DNA of 64,000 nucleotides, from the NCBI GenBank assembly GCA_001784875.1, contig MFSH01000002.1:1220-65219 (forward strand), in the 5' to 3' direction. Below, one piece after another: positions 27,296 to 35,209 of the stretch. A program made the position numbers and the translations under genes. The stretch comes from Candidatus Moranbacteria bacterium RIFOXYB1_FULL_43_19. Its GTDB lineage: Bacteria; Patescibacteriota; Minisyncoccia; Moranbacterales; UBA11712. Below the pieces are notes generated by a model that was not told the DNA's origin, did no database searches, and worked only from the letters and a program-made list of their open reading frames with translations. Within the stretch, counting starts at the first letter, position 1, and each line of letters opens with the position of its first letter.

Positions 27296-28546
27296 ATGGC
27301 TACTAAGTCTCTAAACAAAAGTCTGCACAAGGCGAGCCAAGCGAAGAACGATGAGTTTTATACCCAGCTTGGTGATATTGCCAACGAGCTTAAGCACTAC
27401 CGCGACCAACTTCGCGGCAAGGTGATTTTTTGCAATTGTGATGATCCGTTTGAAAGCAATTTTTTCAAATATTTTGCCGCCAATTTCAATACGCTAGGTC
27501 TTAAAAAACTTATTTCTACCAGCTTTAGTGGTTCACCAATTGTGGGACAACAAATGCTTCCTGGTTTGATGGAGGGTTTAAAAAAAGCAGAAAAGAAAGA
27601 GCCGTATGTGGTGGAGATTAACGAAGTCTCCGACATGAACAAAGACGGGGCGATAAGTTTGGACGACGTAGAGCATTTATTGAAGCATGACAAGAATGTT
27701 GCGACGCCACTTAGAGATGGTGATTTTCGTAGTGAAGAATGTGTCAAGTTTCTTAAACAAGCGGATATTATTATCACTAATCCACCATTTAGTCTTTTTC
27801 GTGAATTTGTAGCGCAGCTAGTAGAGCATAACAAAAAATTTCTTATTATCGGGAGCAAAAACGCCATAACCTATAAAGATATTTTTAAATTGATTAAAGA
27901 AAATAGGTTGTGGCTCGGCTATGGCTTTGCTGGGGGTAATGCTTATTTCAAAATTCCGCCAGAGAAAGCGCGCGAGTTTGCGGCTGGTGTATATGACTCA
28001 AAAACTGGCCTTGTAAAATTTCGCAATGTCGGTTGGTATACAAACCTTTATGTAGATAGGTCTGAAAACCCACTTACGCCATATCTCACCTATAAGCAAG
28101 GCCGCAAAAAAGGACTTTATCCGAAATATGACAACTATGATGCTATTGAAGTATCGAAATTAGCTGAAATCCCAATTGACTATGATGGCGTAATGGGGGT
28201 TCCAATAACCTTTTTGGATTATTGGACACCAGATAGTGGTATAGAAATAGTCAAATTCAGAAAAGGCAATGATGACAAAGACCTAGCGTTTACGAGAGAG
28301 AGTACAACCGTACTTCAGAATACTCATTCGCTATCGTCGGATCAAACCGAGGAGTTGACCAAGACCCAAACGGCATCTATGGCAGAGGAACAATGCTCAA
28401 CGGAAGGGAAACATTCAAGAGATTATTCATTAAACGAGTTTGAAATTTTGGGAATTGCTAACTCGGCACGATGGATAGGTTGCGAATTGTATACGATTAT
28501 AGACGGGAGAAAAATTTACAATAGGATTATAATTAGACGAAGATAA
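27296..28546 (+). CDS. N6-adenine DNA methyltransferase (gamma-class, NPPF motif), orphan/partnerless arrangement
   Basis: 416 aa with the DEFYTQ block and the catalytic motif IIITNPPFSLF. Confidence 0.7.
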   Translation: MATKSLNKSLHKASQAKNDEFYTQLGDIANELKHYRDQLRGKVIFCNCDDPFESNFFKYFAANFNTLGLKKLISTSFSGSPIVGQQMLPGLMEGLKKAEKKEPYVVEINEVSDMNKDGAISLDDVEHLLKHDKNVATPLRDGDFRSEECVKFLKQADIIITNPPFSLFREFVAQLVEHNKKFLIIGSKNAITYKDIFKLIKENRLWLGYGFAGGNAYFKIPPEKAREFAAGVYDSKTGLVKFRNVGWYTNLYVDRSENPLTPYLTYKQGRKKGLYPKYDNYDAIEVSKLAEIPIDYDGVMGVPITFLDYWTPDSGIEIVKFRKGNDDKDLAFTRESTTVLQNTHSLSSDQTEELTKTQTASMAEEQCSTEGKHSRDYSLNEFEILGIANSARWIGCELYTIIDGRKIYNRIIIRRR

Positions 28547-28550
28547 TAAT

Positions 28551-29648
28551 ATGAAAATAGAACTCAAAAATATCAAAATACGCGACGTGGTGAAGGGCTA
28601 CAAAGACAGTGGCGAGAGTGGAGTGGTTGGCTACAGCGGCAAACTCAACATTCGTCCGGCGTTTCAGCGCGAATTTATTTACGGCCAGAAAGAGCGCGAT
28701 GCTGTTATAAGGACAGTACGGTCTAGCTTTCCGCTCAACACAATGTATTGGTCGGTGGATAGAGACGGCGGCTTTGAACTCATGGACGGCCAACAGCGCA
28801 CTATTTCTATTTGCCAATACGTCACAGAGATTATCCCAATCAAGTTTGATGACGGCTACGAATTGGCATTTAATAATTTAACCACCGACCAGCAAGAGAA
28901 GATTTTGAATTACGACCTTTCCGTCTATATCTGCGAAGGAACGGAAAGCGAAAAACTTGCGTGGTTTCGAACAATCAATATCGCAGGCAAGCCATTGACC
29001 GATCAGGAACTCTTAAACGCCATGCACACTGGACCGTGGCTTGCCGATGCCAAACGCTGGTTTAGCAAGACAGGTGGACCGGCGTATCAGATTGGCGAAA
29101 ATTATGTAAACGGTTCGCCGATTCGACAAGATTATCTCGAAAAGACACTTGACTGGATTTCGGACGGAAAGATTGAGAATTACATGAGCCGCCACCAGCA
29201 AGACAAAGACGCGCAGGAGTTGTGGCAGTATTTTCAAGAGGTCGTAGCATGGGTTGAGCGCGTATTCCCCGAGTATCGAAAAATTATGAAGGGCTTAGAA
29301 TGGGGGCGACTTTACAATGAGCACAAGGGTGACAAATTAAATGCGGCAAGCTTGGAAAAACAAATTGCGGAATTGATTGAAGATGACGAAGTAGATAATA
29401 AGAAAGGTATTTATGAGTATCTTTTGACCGGAGACGAGAAGACGCTCAATCTGCGCGCCTTTGATGAAAAGACAAAAGTAACGCAGTACGAAAAACAGAA
29501 AGGGATTTGTCCGGTATGCAAAAAACATTTTGAGATTGAGGAAATGGAGGCAGACCACATCGTCCCATGGCATTCTGGCGGAAAAACTGTCGTGAAGAAT
29601 TGTCAGATGTTGTGTAAGCAAGATAACCGGACCAAGTCGGGAAAATAA
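28551..29648 (+). CDS. DUF262 (ParB-like, DGQQR) + C-terminal HNH nuclease protein, GmrSD/SspE-like type IV restriction-type enzyme
   Basis: The N-terminus has FQREFIY...MDGQQRT. The C-terminus has CPVCKK...ADHIVPWHSGGKT...NCQMLCKQDN (HNH). There is a 5-nt gap to the upstream MTase. Confidence 0.7.
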   Translation: MKIELKNIKIRDVVKGYKDSGESGVVGYSGKLNIRPAFQREFIYGQKERDAVIRTVRSSFPLNTMYWSVDRDGGFELMDGQQRTISICQYVTEIIPIKFDDGYELAFNNLTTDQQEKILNYDLSVYICEGTESEKLAWFRTINIAGKPLTDQELLNAMHTGPWLADAKRWFSKTGGPAYQIGENYVNGSPIRQDYLEKTLDWISDGKIENYMSRHQQDKDAQELWQYFQEVVAWVERVFPEYRKIMKGLEWGRLYNEHKGDKLNAASLEKQIAELIEDDEVDNKKGIYEYLLTGDEKTLNLRAFDEKTKVTQYEKQKGICPVCKKHFEIEEMEADHIVPWHSGGKTVVKNCQMLCKQDNRTKSGK

Positions 29649-29669
29649 ACAAATTAATTTTCTGAATGC

Positions 29670-30194
29670 ATGAGCAAAATAAAAATTTCATTGGACTACA
29701 GCATTCCGAAAGAAGACCGTAAAAAACTTATAAGTATAGTCAAGAAGGCAGATGCCGGCGCAGAAGTTACCGAGGGTGATCTTAGCGCAATGGGAGGCAT
29801 CACATGGTATCCGAGAGACTTGATTATTTTTGTCGCAAGTCTTACTGCAGCAGGCTTTTTTGCTGCATTAGGGAAAGATCTCTATATTCAATTAAGAGAT
29901 CGAATAAAAAAACTTCTTTCAGAGGATCAGCCCAAGGCTGGGGCGATATATTACTCATATCTGGCTTTCGATATTGGAAGTACGGTCTTGTATTTTGAAG
30001 TTGACAGAATAAATGTGTATTCAATTGATAGGGCCTACGAAAAAATAATTGAGGATTTTCCCATTATAAAAAAAGAAGTTGAACGACTCATTCAATTCAA
30101 ACCTAATAAACTCACAGGTAAGTTTGATAGCATTACATTCATTTTTGATGATTTGGATGATCAGTGGATTATTGCTCATTTCAATAAATATTAA
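29670..30194 (+). CDS. Hypothetical protein
   Basis: 174 aa with one hydrophobic segment and no known motif. Confidence 0.35.
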   Translation: MSKIKISLDYSIPKEDRKKLISIVKKADAGAEVTEGDLSAMGGITWYPRDLIIFVASLTAAGFFAALGKDLYIQLRDRIKKLLSEDQPKAGAIYYSYLAFDIGSTVLYFEVDRINVYSIDRAYEKIIEDFPIIKKEVERLIQFKPNKLTGKFDSITFIFDDLDDQWIIAHFNKY

Positions 30195-30980
30195 GTGAAT
30201 AGTACAACTGCGAGAACTGTTTCAAGTTTTATGTATAAAGTAGAATCTATAAAGAAAATTGAAAACAGTTTAAAGGAACTATTTCCCGATGAAACAAGAT
30301 ATATAGGACGACTCTCCGAAGCAATTGCATCTCTTTATGCAAGACAGAAAGAAGTCGCCATCGCAGAAAGCAAGCTTTCCAGAGCTAACGACATTTTTTT
30401 CGGAGGATTTGTAAATTTTTTCAAGCTATTGTGGAAAAATCTTACAAAATCAAATACATTATCTGAATGCCAACAACAATTTTTCGACAAATATATTTCA
30501 TATACTCAGGGGCTTTACGGAGTCTTAAGTGCAACTATACTCTTTATCAAAGAGACAGAAGGTGTAGATAAAAGTAATATTTCAACCGGCACTAGCACAA
30601 AGAAATTTTTAGAGAGTTGTTTGGGCCAAGATATAATTGACGAATCAACATTTAATCTCTTATATCAGACAACAATTATTAGGAGTCTGACATCGGATCA
30701 TATTCAGGATGGTTTGATGACATGGGGCACTGTCAGTTTCAACACAATTGGTCATCGCAAAGACAAGATCATTGAAACCCCGACTGAATTCGCATCCATG
30801 TATACACTTATTATTTGGCCCATGAAGTCTTACGATGAATTAAGGAAAGACACTCAGGCGCAATTAGAAAGATTGCTTTTTACGGATGTTCCTTTGCCAT
30901 CTTTCTTTTGTCCCCATTTTTCACATATTACCCAGGCATATTCGAATTTACTTGCAGGTTTTTCCAATCGTAAAAAGTAA
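30195..30980 (+). CDS. Hypothetical protein (GTG start, or ATG at 30231)
   Basis: 261 aa. It abuts the previous ORF, so the two are probably co-transcribed. Confidence 0.35.
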   Translation: MNSTTARTVSSFMYKVESIKKIENSLKELFPDETRYIGRLSEAIASLYARQKEVAIAESKLSRANDIFFGGFVNFFKLLWKNLTKSNTLSECQQQFFDKYISYTQGLYGVLSATILFIKETEGVDKSNISTGTSTKKFLESCLGQDIIDESTFNLLYQTTIIRSLTSDHIQDGLMTWGTVSFNTIGHRKDKIIETPTEFASMYTLIIWPMKSYDELRKDTQAQLERLLFTDVPLPSFFCPHFSHITQAYSNLLAGFSNRKK

Positions 30981-31065
30981 TACAGGTTTTACACTTGTAG
31001 CTATATTACAGCGGTGAAATCGAAAAAAAATAATAAAAACAGAGATATAACCAACTTAGAAATAA

Positions 31066-31257
31066 ATGACCGAACCTTCAAATGATTTTGTTTTGTATAT
31101 TCAAAAAATGGTTAAGGAGAAGACCGGAAAAGAGCCGACATATCAGGAAGCAAAAGAGGGAGTTGATAATCTGATTGGTTTTTTTGATTTGTTATTGCGA
31201 ATCGATCGTCGAAATAACAGGAGAGAATATAAACAAAACAAACCAATCAAGAAATGA
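31066..31257 (+). CDS. Small hypothetical protein
   Basis: 63-aa ORF, weakly supported. Confidence 0.2.
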   Translation: MTEPSNDFVLYIQKMVKEKTGKEPTYQEAKEGVDNLIGFFDLLLRIDRRNNRREYKQNKPIKK

Positions 31258-31431
31258 AGCTGGATTGTTTGTTTGATCAATCAAAAAACAGCAATTCTAG
31301 CGCTGTTTTTTTTGATTATCCCTTAATTGGTTCCAATTCCCGGACACCCTCGGCCTTTTGTGGCCCAGTATGGCTTCCGGGAAAATACCTTAAGCATGCG
31401 GAGATCTCGCGTCTCCTCGATACTGAAGGCT

Positions 31432-31509
31432 TGGTGCGGGGCCGACGGGACTCGAACCCGCGATCTTCTCCGTGACAGGGAGACGTGATAACCGCTACAC
31501 TACGGCCCC
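31432..31509 (-). tRNA. tRNA-Asp (GTC)
   Basis: Cloverleaf: acceptor GGGGCCG/CGGCCCC, anticodon stem TCTCC/GGAGA with loop CTGTCAC, T-loop TTCGAGT. Confidence 0.8.
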
Positions 31510-31523
31510 AATATTCAGTTTTG

Positions 31524-31597
31524 TAGCGGCGAGTGGACTCGAACCACTGACCCCAGCCTTATGAGTGCTGTGCTCTAACCAGCTGAGCTACGCCGCC
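31524..31597 (-). tRNA. tRNA-Met (CAT) elongator type (could be tRNA-Ile2/lysidine)
   Basis: GGCGGCG...acceptor with a G1-U72 pair, D-loop AGCTGGTTA, anticodon loop CTCATAA, T-loop TTCGAGT. No encoded CCA. Confidence 0.75.
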
Positions 31598-32265
31598 TCG
31601 TTTAAAGCTTCAATCCATCCAAGTATTTGATACAACAGATCGCTGCTTTTTGCAATCCTAATTGACAGAGTGCCGTAATGATGAGAAAAATTTTCGTAGA
31701 ATTTCTTATTTTTCGCTTTTATTAGAATTGGTTTTCTGAACTGACTAGCGGAAACCTTCGTTATTTTAGACCAATATTTTACCACTTCACGTAATCTCGC
31801 TTTGTGAATTTCATTAATATTAACATACATCAAGAATCTTTCCCTTTCAACCTTTAAAGATTTTCTGAACCAATTCATCGCAAACTGAATCGCTGCTGGA
31901 TCAGAATTATGAAATCTGACTCCCGAAGAACTTTTTGAACCCTCTCCCCAATATAAAGCTAATCCGGCAATAAACAATTCCCGTTTTCTCAGCGCATAAA
32001 TATCCTTTCTGGCCTTTCGCAAACATTCTTCAATCCTTTTCCTTTTCTTTTCTTTCTGCAATTTCGCTCCAACCATTCTTCCTTTGTAACTTCCACGAAT
32101 CATCTTAGTATGCAACTTTTGTGTTTGTTCCTCGGTTAACTGAATATCAGAACACCAAAGACTGGCTGAACTTTTTGAAACGTTTAACTTCTCCGCAATT
32201 TCCTTTATACTTAATCCTTTTTTTCTTAAATTACGGGCTAGAAATTGTTCTTTTGATTTTGCCAT
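31588..32265 (-). CDS. HTH-domain protein, possibly a LAGLIDADG-like endonuclease (weak)
   Basis: 225 aa. The N-terminal HTH is KKGLSIKEIAEKLNVSKSSASLW. The block LFIAGLALYWGEGSK is reminiscent of a LAGLIDADG motif. The gene sits between tRNAs, and its 3' end overlaps tRNA-Met by about 10 nt. Confidence 0.35.
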   Translation of the reverse strand: MAKSKEQFLARNLRKKGLSIKEIAEKLNVSKSSASLWCSDIQLTEEQTQKLHTKMIRGSYKGRMVGAKLQKEKKRKRIEECLRKARKDIYALRKRELFIAGLALYWGEGSKSSSGVRFHNSDPAAIQFAMNWFRKSLKVERERFLMYVNINEIHKARLREVVKYWSKITKVSASQFRKPILIKAKNKKFYENFSHHYGTLSIRIAKSSDLLYQILGWIEALNEAA

Positions 32266-32368
32266 ATCGAACTGACGATTATTGTTATATAGGCATTATA
32301 CCATCAGTTCTAGAATATATCAAAAAAACAACCACGCTTTTGCGCTTCGGAATTTTTTGCGGACGTTT

Positions 32369-32443
32369 GTTGCGGGGGTGGGATTTGAACCCACGACCTG
32401 GTGGTTATGAGCCACCCGAGCTACCAGACTGCTCTACCCCGCT
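32369..32443 (-). tRNA. Initiator tRNA-fMet (CAT)
   Basis: Near-identical in pattern to bacterial initiator tRNA: xGCGGGG...GGTGGCTCATAACCACC...TTCAAATCC...CCCCGCA. Positions 1 and 72 are unpaired (A1 x A72). No encoded CCA. Confidence 0.75.
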
Positions 32444-32581
32444 GTATTGCCATGCCATACTATAGCATTTTTGGGCTTTTGTCAATTACTTGACGCAATC
32501 CTATATCTTTCCTAAGATTAAAAGCTGCACCTTAAATCAAAAATAACCGAGAAAACTCGGAAAAAAGGATGGGTCAACCCA

Positions 32582-33061
32582 ATGAATTGGTTTTATTTTT
32601 CTCTTGCCTGCCTGTGTTTCTGGACGCCTACCGGGATTTTCCTTGGCAAGGCAAATGGGGCACACGGTTTTGTCATGACTTTCCATGTCCAAGCCGTCAT
32701 CATGATTATTTTTTCCTTTTTCCTTCAATTCATTGAGCCCCCGAATATGACTCTGGTCACCAAGCCCTCAATGGCGTTTTCCATTGCCAACGGGATCTGC
32801 TCGGGCTTCGCTTATGTATTTTTCATGAAGTCCTTTGAGGTCGCCCCGGGCAAAGTTCCGGAGATAGAGTTTGTCACCGCTCTTTATCCGGTGCTATGCG
32901 TTTTCCTGATTTTCGCTATCCAGCAAATCCGCCCGAGCTGGGTTGATGAGATAGTGAAAATCAGATTCAACCACTTGCTTAGCGCCGTTCTTTTTGCCAG
33001 CGCTTTCGCCAGCTGGTTCTGGCAACCAGAATGGACTGAAAAAGTGAAATCATTTTTCTGA
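32582..33061 (+). CDS. Small integral membrane protein (hypothetical)
   Basis: 159 aa, with 4-5 predicted transmembrane helices. Confidence 0.4.
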   Translation: MNWFYFSLACLCFWTPTGIFLGKANGAHGFVMTFHVQAVIMIIFSFFLQFIEPPNMTLVTKPSMAFSIANGICSGFAYVFFMKSFEVAPGKVPEIEFVTALYPVLCVFLIFAIQQIRPSWVDEIVKIRFNHLLSAVLFASAFASWFWQPEWTEKVKSFF

Positions 33062-33090
33062 TTATCTCTATTATTCATAGGAGGATCAAA

Positions 33091-33306
33091 ATGCTCAATC
33101 GCAAGAGCCAGTTGTTGCAAGCGGCAATTTCCTTAGCCGAGTTAGAATACTTTTCCGAAGAGTTTGAAAACGGAAAATATTGGTGGTATAGAAACCGGGG
33201 TTATTTATTCTATCACGCCGCTAGAGGTGACAACTTCGCGGCGAGATCTTTGCGCCATATTAAAGCGACGAGAGATAATTTCTACGTGATCTTTCGATCC
33301 TTATAG
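33091..33306 (+). CDS. Small hypothetical protein
   Basis: 71 aa. A strong AGGAGGA Shine-Dalgarno lies 7 nt upstream of the ATG. A GCGGGAGGC...GCCTCCCGC hairpin follows. Confidence 0.45.
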   Translation: MLNRKSQLLQAAISLAELEYFSEEFENGKYWWYRNRGYLFYHAARGDNFAARSLRHIKATRDNFYVIFRSL

Positions 33307-33484
33307 GAAAGCGGGAGGCACCGATACGTTCGGGCCTCCCGCCCCAGAATTTCAAATCCTGCCAAGGGATTTTTTTTGTTTTCAAAAAAATATTTTTACT
33401 GGACAAAATAACAAATTCGCCCTAAGATAACATGCTGCTCTTTGACAGCAAAATATTCCAAATTCCCGAAAAGGAGGCATAACC

Positions 33485-35077
33485 ATGCCCAGATGGCCGG
33501 AACGGATCACGGCGGAACATTTGGCAACCATGCCGGAATGCCTCCCGTTCGGAGACATCCTCTATCTTTCAAAAATGATCAGCTCAAGCAAAGAGATGAG
33601 ACTTGCCAAAAGCATTCTTCTTCGCCAGCCAAAAATTCTCAACCAATTGCCGGCATTTGTCCGCGAAAGCGCAAAACGCTCATCGCCCTACGGCCTGCTC
33701 ACTGCATTGCGTTTCGAGTTCGAACACGCCTGCGACATTGACTACAGGAATGGAAAAATAATCGAGCCTGAATGGTCAAAAAATCTGCCCGACTTCTTGA
33801 AAGCAGACCTGCGAGCGAACCTCGCAATTTGCGATTTGCCCCAAGATATCGAGTTTATTGTGCCAAATATTCCCCACGCGGGACTTGGCTATATCATTCT
33901 CGAGGATGGCTTGGTTTCCAATGTCGGACTCGCAATCGGCCTTTGGCGGCTTCAAGGGATCGCTCAGCTTGCGAATCTCACTGACCCGGTTGTCAACGAG
34001 CTTGAAATCGGATCCTGGTCAAGGCGATTTGAGCACACCAGATTCTGCCATAGCTTGGATACATATGTGATTATGGCTTTAATCCTTCACAACAACCGCA
34101 ACGTCCTTAATGATTCGCTAATCCTCAATGGGAAAGTTGCCGCGCTTCTTCATGATCTTGCGACACCGGCTGGCGGAGACGGAACGAAGCCGATCGACCC
34201 GCAAGCCTTTTCCGAAGAAAAAAATATCGAAAGGTTTTTAACCGGAAAAAAATGGCTGGCAATTTGCGAACGCCATGGTCTTGATACGGAGATGATCATC
34301 TCCGCAATTCAGGGAAAGGGAATTCTCGGAAAAATTCTTGATGTGGCAGACAGGATCGCTTATGTCGCCCGGGATGTTCGGATATATCTGGGAAGATACT
34401 TTCCAAAATCAACCCTCCCTTGGCCGATTTCGTATGAAACCATCCGCCTTTTCGCCGAATCGAAACCTGAATTTTGCACCGTCTGGGATTGTGTGAAAAT
34501 TTCGGACGAAGAGGTTGTCTTCACTGATCCGGCAAGGCTAGCAGATTTTCTTCTTGGCCGCGTTTATATGTGCAAGAACCTTTACTACAACAGCCATGCC
34601 CGGTCTTTTGAAACAATTCTGGCTAATACGGTTCTTCGTTATATGTATAGGCAAGGAATCGTCAAATGGGAAGATTTCTACCGGAATGAGGATTATTATC
34701 TCGACCGGATTATCGAGGATTTCATTGGCCGCCGATACGCAATGAACAACGCTTTCGCGATAGGCGAACCATATGCTGAAACATTTTCTTCTCTTGAAGA
34801 AGCGGTGAAGAGAAAAAAGCAACTCCTTGAAGAAGGAATAATTTTTTCCGTAATGGAAGACGCAAGAAGTAAGATAAAAACAGCGACCGAATATCTCGTT
34901 CTCCAGAACGGGAAAATTATGCCTTTTTTCGAGGCATCACCAAAGGAAGCGGCGAAAATTCAACAGGTCGCGGTTATTGAAAAACCTTTTTACCTCTTCT
35001 ATTTGAAAGATATGGATATCAAACCGGAGGCCGAAAAAGCCCTCCGCGAATTCTATCTCAACGAACACACAAAATAG
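33485..35077 (+). CDS. HD-domain phosphohydrolase (dGTPase/SAMHD1-like fold, divergent) with an N-terminal extension
   Basis: 530 aa. RFCHSLDTYVIMA matches the His/Asp region, and AALLHDLATPAGGDG is the HD motif. An AGGAGG-type RBS is present. A hairpin terminator lies at 35087-35122. Confidence 0.6.
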   Translation: MPRWPERITAEHLATMPECLPFGDILYLSKMISSSKEMRLAKSILLRQPKILNQLPAFVRESAKRSSPYGLLTALRFEFEHACDIDYRNGKIIEPEWSKNLPDFLKADLRANLAICDLPQDIEFIVPNIPHAGLGYIILEDGLVSNVGLAIGLWRLQGIAQLANLTDPVVNELEIGSWSRRFEHTRFCHSLDTYVIMALILHNNRNVLNDSLILNGKVAALLHDLATPAGGDGTKPIDPQAFSEEKNIERFLTGKKWLAICERHGLDTEMIISAIQGKGILGKILDVADRIAYVARDVRIYLGRYFPKSTLPWPISYETIRLFAESKPEFCTVWDCVKISDEEVVFTDPARLADFLLGRVYMCKNLYYNSHARSFETILANTVLRYMYRQGIVKWEDFYRNEDYYLDRIIEDFIGRRYAMNNAFAIGEPYAETFSSLEEAVKRKKQLLEEGIIFSVMEDARSKIKTATEYLVLQNGKIMPFFEASPKEAAKIQQVAVIEKPFYLFYLKDMDIKPEAEKALREFYLNEHTK

Positions 35078-35209
35078 AGCAGTTAGCCCACGCGGCCAGC
35101 TGCTCTTTTTCATTTCCAGATAATAAACTCACAAAGTTCTTCTGGTCTAATAATTATACTATAGCAATTTCATTAGAACAGATTTTTTTTAATTAATTCG
35201 GACAGGAAA

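Larger units (their letters stand above)
14650..31430. mobile_element. Putative integrated mobile/accessory region (possibly two adjacent elements, about 14.65-26.0 kb and 26.0-31.4 kb)
   Basis: Contains a large serine recombinase, a ParB-MTase fusion, two further DNA MTases, a GmrSD-like nuclease and many AT-rich hypotheticals. Strand polarity switches at 21.3/21.7 kb. A tRNA-like 3'-half fragment sits at 14.69-14.73 kb on the left. tRNA-Asp (31432-31509) is on the right. Confidence 0.55.

Noticed and set aside
31254-31475. 73-aa ORF
   Set aside because: Its 3' part runs through tRNA-Asp on the opposite strand, and there are no supporting signals. It is most likely spurious.
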